NCBI GenBank assembly: GCA_944387995.1
Contig: CALXHB010000025.1
Location: 5,458-69,457, forward strand
Reading direction: 5' to 3'
Source of the DNA: an uncultured Clostridia bacterium
Lineage (GTDB): Bacteria; Bacillota; Clostridia; Oscillospirales; Ruminococcaceae
Length of the DNA stretch: 64,000 bases
In this document: positions 45,574-55,352 of the stretch, one piece after another
Numbering within the stretch: the stretch's first letter is position 1
Layout: every line of letters starts with the position of its first letter
The notes under the pieces: generated by a model
Seen by the model: the letters and a program-made list of their open reading frames with translations, nothing else
Database searches by the model: none
Told to the model about the DNA's origin: nothing
Program-made: the position numbers and the translations under genes

Positions 45574-46523
45574 ACGGCGTCCTCCCGGTTTTCCGGCAGC
45601 ACCGCCTTCATCGACGCGATGGCCACCTCGATCATGCTGTCATCCGGCTCTTTGGTGGTCAGCCGCTGGACCTGAAGCCCCGGCCAGGAGATGATGCGGG
45701 TGAAGATATTGTCGTATTTCCCCGCCAGCCGGATCAGCTCATAGGCAATTGCCATCGTCAGCGGCAGCATCAACAGTTTGAGCGCCACCCGAAGCAGCAG
45801 ACTGTCCCAGGTGACCACGGTGGAGAGGATAATCGAGATAAACAGCACCAAAAAGAGGAAGCTCGTCCCGCAGCGAGGATGGAACCGGATGTGCTTGCGG
45901 ACATTCTCGACGGTCAATTCTTCCCCCGCCTCAAAGCAGGCAATCGTCTTGTGTTCCGCCCCGTGGTAGGAGAACATCCGCTTCATATCCGGCATCAGGG
46001 ACACCAGTGCCATGTAGCCGATGAAAATAGCCAGTTTAATGACACCTTCGCCCAGCGACAGGGTCCAGCCTGGCGCGCCCGGCAGCAGTCCTTTTAACAG
46101 GGTGACGATCTGGGCCGGCAGGTACATAAACAGCAGCACCGCGACGCAGAGTCCCACCACCATTGAGATATATCCCACTGCTTTAACCAGTTTGTCGCCG
46201 AACTTTTCCTCCAGCCACTGGTCGAATTTAGAGGGGTTTTCGTCCTCAATCCCGTCGGTGGCCAGCTCCGCCGACCGCATCAGGCACTTGTACCCGTCCA
46301 GCAGGCTGGTGATAAAGCTGACAATACCCCGAACCAGCGGCACTTTATTGTACCAACGGCGGGGATGGTTGTCCCAACCCTCCTGGACGATGGTGCCGTC
46401 CTGCTTCCGCACCGACATAACCGTCTTTTTAGGGCCTTTCATCATGACCCCTTCAATAATGGCCTGTCCGCCGATGCTGGTTTTAAAGCCGGCGGGGCAG
46501 GTCGGATGTTCCGATTTTGCCAT
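45561..46523 (-). CDS. DUF1385 (YqhQ-like) membrane protein
   Basis: Start refined to MAKSEHP...IGGQAIIEGVMMKGP. HGAEHK motif. Usual neighbour of prmC. Confidence 0.75.
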   Translation of the reverse strand: MAKSEHPTCPAGFKTSIGGQAIIEGVMMKGPKKTVMSVRKQDGTIVQEGWDNHPRRWYNKVPLVRGIVSFITSLLDGYKCLMRSAELATDGIEDENPSKFDQWLEEKFGDKLVKAVGYISMVVGLCVAVLLFMYLPAQIVTLLKGLLPGAPGWTLSLGEGVIKLAIFIGYMALVSLMPDMKRMFSYHGAEHKTIACFEAGEELTVENVRKHIRFHPRCGTSFLFLVLFISIILSTVVTWDSLLLRVALKLLMLPLTMAIAYELIRLAGKYDNIFTRIISWPGLQVQRLTTKEPDDSMIEVAIASMKAVLPENREDAVWGK

Positions 46524-46706
46524 GTAAATCCTCTTTCTATACAAAATCGCCAATCCCAGTTTTTCCGGGATAGACACAAAAAATCGGTCGAACATTTCTA
46601 CCGCACTCCTCATTATATAGAGAACCGGCGGAAAAATCAACGGAAATTTCTAAACATTCCCGCAAACTTTCCCGCCGGTAAAGGGTTTTCGCTATTTTAT
46701 TTGAGA

Positions 46707-47585
46707 CTATTGTTCCCGCCGTCCCCGATAGAGACTGTGGGCCAGCAGCAGCCCGCAGTACAGGAGGAGGGAAATTAGGAGAATTAGGTAAAAGTCCCGC
46801 GGCATCGAATAGGTGGAGGGGGTGAGGCCGGTCACTGCAAAATGACTGACGATATAGGCCGCCGGATAGAGCATGACCCGTTCCAGCGGAGCTCTAAACT
46901 TTTCCCATTTCCGGGTGAAAAACCGTGCCGCCGCCAGTAAGAGCAGCGCAGCCGCCGACAAAAGCAGGTAATAGGTGAGGGTTAGCCTGGGAAGGGGTAT
47001 CGACTCTTCCCCGCCCGGCTGGCCGTAGACGCAGACATCCGGCTCCCCGTTATTGGAGCTGTAATAGATGCAAAGCGGGCTACCTTCCGATGGATAGACG
47101 GTAAACGACTGGACACCGCGGCGCGCAAACCACCGGTCCCAGCTGCTGGTCCAGGCCTCAAGGCTGTATCGTTCCCGCCCGGAAGGGTCGGCGCCAGACT
47201 GGCAGCGGTAGTCGGTCACTTGCTCGTCAAAGGTGATGGTGACGCTGCCATCGGCGTTTTCCGATACTTTTAACAGGTCCTCCGTATAGGGAAAATAGTC
47301 GGGGGCATCCAGCACCGCAAAAGCCGACAGAAGGATGGCCGCCACCAGAAAGGCGGTCAGCAAGACTGTCTGAAACCGTTTGACCATCAGTTGCCGTTTG
47401 AGGACCCGCAGGGGAGCTGTATCCGTCTCTCGGGCCGGAGGGGGGCTCTTTTCCTTCTCCAACTCCGCCCGGCAGGCGGCGCACCCCTTCAAATGCTCTT
47501 CGACAAAACAAGCGGTCTCGGGACGCACCATCTTTTCCGCGTAAAGCGGCAGCAAGTCCCGCACAATGCTGCATTCATCTTTCAT
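46707..47585 (-). CDS. zinc-binding (ZAS-type) anti-sigma factor, membrane protein
   Basis: N-terminal HLKGCAACRAEL (H-x3-C-x2-C), then TM helices. Overlaps the sigma gene by 11 nt. Confidence 0.75.
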   Translation of the reverse strand: MKDECSIVRDLLPLYAEKMVRPETACFVEEHLKGCAACRAELEKEKSPPPARETDTAPLRVLKRQLMVKRFQTVLLTAFLVAAILLSAFAVLDAPDYFPYTEDLLKVSENADGSVTITFDEQVTDYRCQSGADPSGRERYSLEAWTSSWDRWFARRGVQSFTVYPSEGSPLCIYYSSNNGEPDVCVYGQPGGEESIPLPRLTLTYYLLLSAAALLLLAAARFFTRKWEKFRAPLERVMLYPAAYIVSHFAVTGLTPSTYSMPRDFYLILLISLLLYCGLLLAHSLYRGRREQ

Positions 47586-48069
47586 CCTCTTCTGCCTCCA
47601 ATCGTTCCAAAATCATCTTCCTGGCCCGGTGATAGGTGACGCAGGCCCAGTTGGCCGATTTGCCGAAGAGCCCGCCTATCTGCTGGAAGGACAGTTCCGC
47701 GTAAACCCGCCACATAAAGACCTCCCGGTAGGTTTCGGGGAGCCGGTGGAGAATCTGCCGGATGCGGTCTGCCTCCTCCCGGTCCAGCAACCGCTCATCG
47801 GGTGAGTCGGCCACCGCCGGAGGAGACAGCTCCTCGAGACTGCCGGTCCGACTAGCCTTCTGACAGTGGGTGTAGTAACAGTTTTTCGCAATCTGACAGA
47901 GCCAGACCCGGATGTCACAGTCCCCCCGAAACCGGTCCAGCGCCCCCATCGCCTTGAAAAAGGTCTCGCTGGTGATCTCTTCCGCCAGCTGCCCGTCCCC
48001 CGACAACCGCCGGATGTACCGGTAAACGTCATCAAAGTACTGGCGATAGATCGATTCAAATTCGGTCAC
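47575..48069 (-). CDS. ECF-type RNA polymerase sigma-70 factor
   Basis: 164 aa. Region 2 (FDDVYRYIRRL...ETFFKA) and region 4 (LPETYREVFMWRVYAELSFQQIG). Confidence 0.85.
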   Translation of the reverse strand: MTEFESIYRQYFDDVYRYIRRLSGDGQLAEEITSETFFKAMGALDRFRGDCDIRVWLCQIAKNCYYTHCQKASRTGSLEELSPPAVADSPDERLLDREEADRIRQILHRLPETYREVFMWRVYAELSFQQIGGLFGKSANWACVTYHRARKMILERLEAEEDER

Positions 48070-48193
48070 CTCTCCACCTCCTTTGCTTATAAGACTGGGC
48101 TGGGGAAAAAATCTTACAGCATGTGAGAAAAAAAGCCTCTCTCCGGAAAAGAGAAAGGCTGGAAATATAAGGATAGAGAATTTCCGCTACCCA

Positions 48194-48400
48194 TCAAAAA
48201 TAAAACAGTTCCTCAAACTTCTTGTCCAGGGCGATACAGAGAATCAATGCCAATTTGGCCGTGGGATTAAACTGCCCCGTTTCAATCGAACTGATGGTGT
48301 TGCGGGAAACGCCCACCATTTCAGCCAACGCTGCCTGGGAGAGTTTTTTCTCCGCCCGCGCCTCCTTCAACCGGTTTTTGAGGACCAATGTGTCGTCCAT
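48194..48400 (-). CDS. small XRE-family HTH regulator
   Basis: 68 aa. LKEARAEKKLSQAALAEMVGVSRNTISSIETGQFNPT. Confidence 0.85.
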   Translation of the reverse strand: MDDTLVLKNRLKEARAEKKLSQAALAEMVGVSRNTISSIETGQFNPTAKLALILCIALDKKFEELFYF

Positions 48401-48404
48401 CGGC

Positions 48405-48722
48405 TCACCCCTTGCAGATATACATCACAAGCCATAAAATGGTGGCAATAAAGTATATGACGGTGTTGAAAATATCGGCTGCTCCCTTCAGCTTTACCGC
48501 CTTATACAGGCCGCTGAAGGCAAAAAAGCTGAAAAACACGGCCAGTATGTCGTAAGCCGCCTCTCCCTTCCAGAAAAACCGGATGAGAAACAGGATGAAA
48601 AACACCAGCGCCATCCCCACCGTCCCAAAGGTGCACGCCTTATCCGATTCGATTTTAATCCGCTTGTCGCCCCGACGGTTTTCTTTCCGACTCCTTCTGA
48701 GGATTTCGTCTTTGTCCATCAT
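48405..48722 (-). CDS. small membrane protein paired with the HTH regulator
   Basis: Start refined to MMDKDEILRRSRKENRRGD. Three hydrophobic helices. 4 nt upstream of the XRE gene. Confidence 0.55.
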   Translation of the reverse strand: MMDKDEILRRSRKENRRGDKRIKIESDKACTFGTVGMALVFFILFLIRFFWKGEAAYDILAVFFSFFAFSGLYKAVKLKGAADIFNTVIYFIATILWLVMYICKG

Positions 48723-48914
48723 ATCGATCACCTTCCATCCGGATTTGCCAAGTATACTTGGTATTTTTAGTATAGCACTGCCAAGTGTACTTGTCAATCC
48801 AGTTTGACCAAATTTTGATGCAGACAAATAGACCATCAAAGACGCATTTCCGTGGACATACGCAAAACCGGCGCCTCCGAGAACTTTTGAGCCCCAAAAC
48901 GCCGGTTTTCTACC

Positions 48915-50405
48915 TTATTCGATTGTAATGACCTTACTGGGCGGCTCTCCGTCGGGGGCTTCCCCCTCCACGCGGACCGGCAGCAGAATCTCCACCGTCG
49001 TTCCCTTGCCAGGGGTGGAAAAGAGGTTCAGGCTGCCGCCATGCTGGGAGACAATCTCGTCCGCCACCGCAAGGCCGATGCCGTTGCCCCGGCGGGAATG
49101 GACGGCCTTATAAAACCGCTCCTTGACGTGGGGGAGGTCTTCCGGCTGAATCCCGGTGCCGGTATCCGATACGGTGACGCAGATACTCTCCCCCCGGATG
49201 GAGGCGGAGACCCGCACCTCCCCACCGGGATTGGAATATTTTAAGGCGTTGTCAATGATGTTGAGGAACACCTGCCGCAACCGGTTTTTATCTCCGAAAA
49301 TCACCGGCAGCATCGGCGGCTCGTGGTACAAAAGGGCGACCCCTTCCTTTCGAGCTCGCTCTTCATACACCATGACTGCCTCCTCCAGCTCAGCCAGGAT
49401 GTCCATCCGTTCCATCTCCATCTTAAGCCGGCCGTTCTGCATCCGGGAAAAGTCCAGCAGTTCTTCCACCATGCCGGAAAGCCGTTCGGTCTCGTCCACG
49501 ATCACATGGATGCCCTTTTGAACCAGCGCCATCTCGTCCGGTGTGATTTCGCCGTCGCCGGCGGCGTCCCGCAGAGTTTCCGCCCAGCCTTGAATCGCGG
49601 TCAGCGGGGTTCGCAGCTCATGGGAAACCGAGGAAATAAACTCGTTTTTCAGCCGCTCGGAGGTCTCCAGCGCGTCGGCCATCGCGTTGACCGTGCCGCA
49701 AAGCTCTCCCAATTCATCTTTGGCCCGGCGGGAAACCCGAGTGCCAAAATTTCCGCTGGCGATCCGCTTTGCCGCCGCGCCGATCTCCCGGACCGGCCGG
49801 AGGATGCTGCGGCTGATAATCAGGCCAAAAATCAACACGACGATCAGCAGCAGAACCCCCGCTCCCGCGGTCAGCAGCACCAGTTCCCGGATGGCCCCGT
49901 CGACATTTTCCAGAGAGGTGACAAACCGCACCGCCGCATACCGGCTCCCGAGCAGGGGCACCAACCGGCAGACCGCCATCACCTTCTGGCCTTCCACCTC
50001 TCCTTCCCACCAGCCTAAGCCATCCTCAGATGAGAGAGCCGCTTCAAAATCCGGCAAAGGATGGGGAGCAGAGGTAAATCCGCTGGAGGTGAGCAGCACC
50101 TCCCCCTCCGGGCTGATGGCCATCAGCTCAATCCGCCCTTTATCGGGAAAGGTTTCGATATAATGGCGGATGTCGGTGTCAAAGCTGGCGGTCAGACCAC
50201 CGGCGTACTGTTCCATCATACTGGTCAAGTAATCCGAACGGGCCAGGAGAATCTGCCGGGCAGCTCCGTAGTAGTAGCTATGCAGCATCATACCCACCGC
50301 CCCAATGGTAAACAGTACAATCACCAGCACAGCCCCCAAAGAACTGAACATCCATTTTCCGGCAATGCCAAACCGCGGCCGTCGTTTTCCCCGTTTTTCC
50401 GCCAT
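48915..50405 (-). CDS. sensor histidine kinase (TM-sensor-TM-HAMP-HisKA-HATPase)
   Basis: H-box SHELRTPL, N/G boxes (NALKYS, DTGTGI, GNGIGLAV). Its ATG overlaps the response regulator stop (TGATG). Confidence 0.85.
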   Translation of the reverse strand: MAEKRGKRRPRFGIAGKWMFSSLGAVLVIVLFTIGAVGMMLHSYYYGAARQILLARSDYLTSMMEQYAGGLTASFDTDIRHYIETFPDKGRIELMAISPEGEVLLTSSGFTSAPHPLPDFEAALSSEDGLGWWEGEVEGQKVMAVCRLVPLLGSRYAAVRFVTSLENVDGAIRELVLLTAGAGVLLLIVVLIFGLIISRSILRPVREIGAAAKRIASGNFGTRVSRRAKDELGELCGTVNAMADALETSERLKNEFISSVSHELRTPLTAIQGWAETLRDAAGDGEITPDEMALVQKGIHVIVDETERLSGMVEELLDFSRMQNGRLKMEMERMDILAELEEAVMVYEERARKEGVALLYHEPPMLPVIFGDKNRLRQVFLNIIDNALKYSNPGGEVRVSASIRGESICVTVSDTGTGIQPEDLPHVKERFYKAVHSRRGNGIGLAVADEIVSQHGGSLNLFSTPGKGTTVEILLPVRVEGEAPDGEPPSKVITIE

Positions 50406-51094
50406 CAGGGGCACCACTTATACCCGTATCCCCAGACTGTCTGGAGATAGACCGGGTGACTGGGCTCATCCTCCAGCTTCACCCGGAGGCGGCGGATGTT
50501 GACGTCGACAATTTTGGCGTCGGTGTAGGCCTGTCCACTCCAGACTTCGTTGAGAATACGGGACCGTTCGATGGCCGCACCGTGGTGCCGCATCAAAAAT
50601 TCGATGATCTGATACTCTACCTGGGTGAGGGGCACCAGCTGGCCGTTTTTATAGAGGGTACGGCTTTTGACACTGAGTAAAAAGGGTCCGCTCTCAATTT
50701 CGGTTTCCCGGGGAGCCGCAGCCGCCAACTGTACCCGGCGGCAAACTGCCTCCACCCGGGCCACCAGTTCTGAAGGGGAAAAAGGCTTGGTCACATAGTC
50801 ATCCGCCCCCATTTTCAGCCCTCCGACCTTGTCGGTTTCCTGGGTGCGGGCGGTGAGGAAGATGATGCCCACTGTGTCCGATTGGAGCCGCAGCGCTTTA
50901 CAGACCGCAAATCCATCCATGCCAGGCAAAGTAATGTCCAGCAAGACCACGTCAAACTCCCGCTCCCGGCAGGCTGCCAGGGCTGATTCTCCGTCCGGAG
51001 CCTCGGAAACCTGAAAACCCGCCCGTTTGAGGTTGATGACCACCAACTCCCGGATAGCGGCTTCATCCTCCACCACCAGTATCCGTTTTTCCAT
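50405..51094 (-). CDS. OmpR-family response regulator
   Basis: Receiver domain (ILVVEDE...DVVLLDITLPGMDG) plus a winged-helix C-terminus (VWGYGYK). Confidence 0.9.
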   Translation of the reverse strand: MEKRILVVEDEAAIRELVVINLKRAGFQVSEAPDGESALAACREREFDVVLLDITLPGMDGFAVCKALRLQSDTVGIIFLTARTQETDKVGGLKMGADDYVTKPFSPSELVARVEAVCRRVQLAAAAPRETEIESGPFLLSVKSRTLYKNGQLVPLTQVEYQIIEFLMRHHGAAIERSRILNEVWSGQAYTDAKIVDVNIRRLRVKLEDEPSHPVYLQTVWGYGYKWCP

Positions 51095-51150
51095 CTAACT
51101 AACTTCCTCCCTTAACTGCCCACGATCTTTTCCACGTCTATTTCCTCCGG

Positions 51151-52482
51151 TTAACCGGACAGGTCACAAAATCGTTCCCGAATCTCCGCGGCCGTCAGCG
51201 CACAGTCCCCTGTCCCGGTGACCATCCGCATCAGGAAGACGGTCTGTCCCCGTTCCAGCAGCTGCTGATAACCGGGATATTTTCCCGCAAGCCAATCGGA
51301 AACCGGTACCGCCCGCAGGGAAAAGAGGGGATAGCCATCCTCCATTTGAATAAAAACAGCTTCGTTTGTCGTCTGATTCCATTGAACGGTCACTTTTCCC
51401 TCCCATTCTTCCGGAAAGATAAACTGATAACTGAACTGGCTGTTGACATAACCGCTCCATACCGGATGGTATTCTCCCTCCTCCAGCCGGTACCACCGGG
51501 TCAGGTAAAGGGGGGCTTCTTCCCCAGTATAGCCGGGGAGCGGCTCCTGAGAGGGGATTTCCACCAAACCGTCCCCGTTTACGTCCATCGACAAAAGCCC
51601 CGGGCGCTGGGGATACTCCCCGAGGGAAATGGTTTCGTTCTCCAGAGTATCTTTCGTCAGCCGAATGACCTCGGTCACCATGGTATTTCCCCGGTATCCG
51701 TCCAGATAAAACCGGGCTTGACCGTCTTCATCGGCAGCCAACAGCCGCTCATACCGCCCCATATCGGGATTGACCGGACAGCTGTCGATCTCCACAAACC
51801 CCTCTTCCTCCTGCCACCGGAAAAGTCCCGCCTGAGCGCTGGACTGACCCACCGGGTCATCCGCCGTATACAAAAGCAGCAGGTCATCAATGCCGTCCCC
51901 GGTAAAGTCTCCGATGGACTTTTCCTGGAAGGTAAAGGCGCCAATCTGGCGGACCTCCTCCCCTTCCAGCCTATACAGGCAGAGAAGGTTGCTGCCGCTG
52001 TCTCCGGCATAATCAAGGCCCACCCCAAACGCCGGACCATCAATAAGCGTGAGAATCGAAAGGTCCTGGACTCCGCTTCCCTCTAGGGTAAAATCATCCG
52101 CCACCTGCCAGCCCTCTTCCCGCTGGTCCAAAACCGCCATCTTCACCGGGGAAGCCGCCGAAGCGGAGGAAGGTTCATAAAAGACCACTGCTTCCCCGCC
52201 TTCGGTCCCGTCCAATTCACAGAGGATAAACGCCGACAGATTCTCCCCTTCCTGGGGATACACCAGCCGCATCGATTGGCCCGACAGATGGGAGGAAAGA
52301 GCATCATAAATGGCATTCTGCTCCTCGGAGAGTCTCGGCGGGGCCAATAGTCCCTCGACCCCTCCGGTGATCTCGCCCACTGTACTTTCAATTGCCAGGG
52401 ATGTTTCCCCGCAGCCGGCAAACAACGTAAGACCGGTCAAAAGGGCCAATCCCAGCCCCGCAGCCTTTTTCACACCAATCAT
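51151..52482 (-). CDS. hypothetical lipoprotein with FG-GAP/VCBS-like DxDGDG repeats
   Basis: Signal plus lipobox LFAGCGE. FTGDGIDDLLLL and VNGDGLVEI segments. Confidence 0.55.
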   Translation of the reverse strand: MIGVKKAAGLGLALLTGLTLFAGCGETSLAIESTVGEITGGVEGLLAPPRLSEEQNAIYDALSSHLSGQSMRLVYPQEGENLSAFILCELDGTEGGEAVVFYEPSSASAASPVKMAVLDQREEGWQVADDFTLEGSGVQDLSILTLIDGPAFGVGLDYAGDSGSNLLCLYRLEGEEVRQIGAFTFQEKSIGDFTGDGIDDLLLLYTADDPVGQSSAQAGLFRWQEEEGFVEIDSCPVNPDMGRYERLLAADEDGQARFYLDGYRGNTMVTEVIRLTKDTLENETISLGEYPQRPGLLSMDVNGDGLVEIPSQEPLPGYTGEEAPLYLTRWYRLEEGEYHPVWSGYVNSQFSYQFIFPEEWEGKVTVQWNQTTNEAVFIQMEDGYPLFSLRAVPVSDWLAGKYPGYQQLLERGQTVFLMRMVTGTGDCALTAAEIRERFCDLSG

Positions 52483-52886
52483 TTCTGCCCGTGCATCAAC
52501 CGGTGCTCTTCTTTTAGTTCCCGGGCCAGGTCCTCCACCGTCCAGTCGAGGTTGGTGGGGGTGATGACCGCTTTGAGCGCCACCGGTTCCGCGCCAATTT
52601 CCGCCGCCTTTTCCCGAAGGGCTTTCAGGAGGCTGTCCAGCCCTTTTCGGTCAAACCCTTGTAACAGCAAAACCGGCTGGTCCGGCGGATTTTTGGCCGC
52701 CACCGGCTCGCTCCCTTCTAAAAGGCCCCGCAGCTTACTGCCCGCGGCCTCCGGCCCGAAGGGATGGAACTCCGCCCCCACCGCCGACGCAGCAGCCAGC
52801 ACAGCCATCGGGGTTTTCTCATTTCCTTCCCCCGGCATATACAGCCACAAACCCCTAGAAGGGGTATTCTGTACCCTAGCTTTCAT
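52479..52886 (-). CDS. hypothetical protein (possibly DUF3783-like)
   Basis: 135 aa. Overlaps the lipoprotein gene by 4 nt. The family assignment is from memory only. Confidence 0.4.
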   Translation of the reverse strand: MKARVQNTPSRGLWLYMPGEGNEKTPMAVLAAASAVGAEFHPFGPEAAGSKLRGLLEGSEPVAAKNPPDQPVLLLQGFDRKGLDSLLKALREKAAEIGAEPVALKAVITPTNLDWTVEDLARELKEEHRLMHGQK

Positions 52887-52897
52887 CCTCTACTCCT

Positions 52898-54544
52898 TTA
52901 CCAAACGGCTACCTGCCCGTCGGTGCGCATCTCACACCCGCCGCAAAGTACCCCATTCTCGTTATCCCGCCAGATGATCTCCCCACGGCCAAACGGACCG
53001 CTGGAAGCCCGCACGACGATATTGTGTCCCGCTCTGGAGAGCTGACCCAAAAGCGCCGGATCAAAGGACTGTTCCACCTCGATGGTCTTGCCGCCGGTCC
53101 ACATCCACCGGGGATGGTCCAGGGCGTCCTGGGGGTTGGCGTGCTGGTCGATGGAGGCCAACAGCACCTGCAAATGGGCCTGGGGCTGCATAAACCCGCC
53201 CATAATCCCAAAGGGCCCCACCGGCATCCCGTCCTTCATCAAAAATCCGGGGATAATCGTATGGTAGGATTTTTTCCCAGGGCCGAAGGCGTTGGGAGAC
53301 TGGGGGTCCAGATAGAAGTTCGCGGCCCGGTTGTTCATCGAAATCCCGGTCCCCGGCACCACTACGCCGGAACCGAAGCCCATATAGTTGGACTGGATGT
53401 ACGAGACCATGTTCCCCTCTCCGTCGGCGGTGCAAAGGTAGACGGTGCCGCCTTTAACCGGCGTCCAGGGGGTGGGGTCGAGGGCTTTGCCGGTGATGAG
53501 TTTCCGTCTGGAAGCGGCGTATTCCTCCGAAAGCAGCTCCTCGGGAGTGACCTGCATATACCGCCGGTCGGCCACATACTTCTGGGCGTCCACAAAGGCC
53601 AGCTTCATCGCCTCAATCTGCCGGTGCACCGACAGGAAGGGGTCCGACACCGGCTCTAACCCTTTTAAGATGTTGAGCGCCATCAGCACGGTGATCCCGT
53701 GGCCGTTGGGCGGCAGCTCACAGACGGTGAATCCATGGTAATCGGTGGTGAGAGGCTCCACCCATTCGGGGTGATAGGCATTTAGGTCCTCTTCCCGCAG
53801 GAAGCCGCCCATCTTCTGATAAAACTGCCCGATTTCATGGGCAATGCCGCCCCGGTAAAACTCTTCCCCATTGCTAGCGCCAATCGCCCGCAGGGTTTTG
53901 GCGTGATCGGGAAGCCGGAGGATGTCCCCCGGCCCAAGGCAATGGCCGTCCGGCGTAAAGGTCTTAAACCAGTTTTCCAGCTCCGGCATCTCCCCAAGGG
54001 CTTTGGAAAAACGGTTGTAGCTTCCTTTCCAGCCGCTGCCGACCCCCGGTTCCAGCGGGTATCCCTCTTCGGCATAGGTGGCGGCGTCGTCCACACACTC
54101 GGCGAGCGTAAGTTTCCCAAACCGCCGGTTTAACTCCGCCCAGGCGGACACAGCCCCCGGCACGTTGGAGGCTTTTACCCCATTTATAGGCATCTCTTTC
54201 AACCCCAAGTCGGTGATGGCCTGTAAACTAGCGGCCATCGCTGAAGGACCGCTGGCGTTCAACCCATACAGCTTTCCCCCCGTATAGACGATGGCGAAGG
54301 CGTCGCTGCCCAGGCCGTTGGCGGTGGGCTCCACCACCGTCAGGGCCGCCGCAGTGGCCACGGCGGCGTCAATGGCGTTGCCGCCCTTGCGCAGCGCCAT
54401 CAGCCCTGCCTGGGCGGCCAGGGGGTTGCCGGTGCAGACCATTCCCCGCCGGCCATATACAACCTGGCGCCGGGAAGGATGGTGATAGGTCAGAGGGTCA
54501 AATGAAAGGGAAAAAGCCATGGAAAACCGCTCCTTTGTTGTCAT
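52898..54544 (-). CDS. ggt: gamma-glutamyltransferase family protein
   Basis: 548 aa. N-terminal GMVCTGNPLAAQAG, an internal autoprocessing-site region GGTVYLCTAD, and C-terminal MGGFMQPQ. Confidence 0.8.
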   Translation of the reverse strand: MTTKERFSMAFSLSFDPLTYHHPSRRQVVYGRRGMVCTGNPLAAQAGLMALRKGGNAIDAAVATAAALTVVEPTANGLGSDAFAIVYTGGKLYGLNASGPSAMAASLQAITDLGLKEMPINGVKASNVPGAVSAWAELNRRFGKLTLAECVDDAATYAEEGYPLEPGVGSGWKGSYNRFSKALGEMPELENWFKTFTPDGHCLGPGDILRLPDHAKTLRAIGASNGEEFYRGGIAHEIGQFYQKMGGFLREEDLNAYHPEWVEPLTTDYHGFTVCELPPNGHGITVLMALNILKGLEPVSDPFLSVHRQIEAMKLAFVDAQKYVADRRYMQVTPEELLSEEYAASRRKLITGKALDPTPWTPVKGGTVYLCTADGEGNMVSYIQSNYMGFGSGVVVPGTGISMNNRAANFYLDPQSPNAFGPGKKSYHTIIPGFLMKDGMPVGPFGIMGGFMQPQAHLQVLLASIDQHANPQDALDHPRWMWTGGKTIEVEQSFDPALLGQLSRAGHNIVVRASSGPFGRGEIIWRDNENGVLCGGCEMRTDGQVAVW

Positions 54545-54691
54545 ATTGGGACAAAAGTTCAGATGCCCCTATTATACAGCATTTTACTCCTTTTGAAAAG
54601 CCGCAATTCTCTTTTGGAATTTTAGGGGATGCCAACGATCAGAAATTTTTTCACCGGCCCCCGCATACCCTGAAAAAAGGAGTGATGTCCC

Positions 54692-55294
54692 GTGTCTTTT
54701 CAATCGATAAAAAAAGGACTGGCTACCCTGTTGGCGGGGGTAAGCCTGACCCTGCTGCTCCCCTGGGCCTTATCTTCTGCTCCCTTTTCCCTCTCCCGCT
54801 CCCCCGAAGCGGCGGCCGGGATGGAAACCGAACCCCTTTCCTCCTCCCTGCCAGAAGGATACCGGGTGACCCTGGGGGAGGAGGTCCGGTTTCTGCCCCC
54901 GGAAGAGCTGCTCTGCACCCTGGCGGGGCCAGAGTGGGACGTCCTCTCTTCCCACGACGGCGACGCCGAAACCGCCCTCGGCATCTGGTGCATCCTCACC
55001 CACTCCCGCCTCCTGGGGGAGATGGGAGATCTGGCGGAGGAGCTGACCCCGGAAGAGCTGCAAAAGGAGCCTTGGCTGACCTTATCCGCCGCCCAGCCGT
55101 CGGAAGATCAGACGGTTTACAGCGTAATCTCCCAGTATGCGGACTACTTTCTCTCAAACGGCGGCAGCCTCGTCCGGGCGGACGCCTCCCTTTCGGACAT
55201 CCTCTCTGCCCTCCAGTCGGGCCTTACCCCGGCGGAAATCTTTGCTTCCTATGGCGGAGAGGAAGCGGTCCTCCAAAAGGCGGCAGAAAAATAG
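54692..55294 (+). CDS. hypothetical secreted protein
   Basis: GTG start 8 nt after AAGGAG. Signal-like KKGLATLLAGVSLTLLLPWALSSA. No family recognised. Confidence 0.5.
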   Translation: MSFQSIKKGLATLLAGVSLTLLLPWALSSAPFSLSRSPEAAAGMETEPLSSSLPEGYRVTLGEEVRFLPPEELLCTLAGPEWDVLSSHDGDAETALGIWCILTHSRLLGEMGDLAEELTPEELQKEPWLTLSAAQPSEDQTVYSVISQYADYFLSNGGSLVRADASLSDILSALQSGLTPAEIFASYGGEEAVLQKAAEK

Positions 55295-55324
55295 ACGGCA
55301 GCAGGTTACTTTCCTGCTGCCGTC
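55294..55324. terminator. hairpin terminator between convergent genes
   Basis: GACGGCAGCAGG-TTACTTT-CCTGCTGCCGTC. The T-run is on the minus-strand side. Confidence 0.6.
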
Positions 55325-55352
55325 CTGGCGTTACATATAGGAGATTTTAAGC

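Noticed and set aside
54502-55350. 282-aa plus-strand ORF (Arg/Pro/Gly-rich) overlapping the 200-aa secreted-protein ORF in another frame.
   Set aside because: Its composition is junk-like. The alternative frame (GTG 54692) has proper RBS spacing and a signal peptide.
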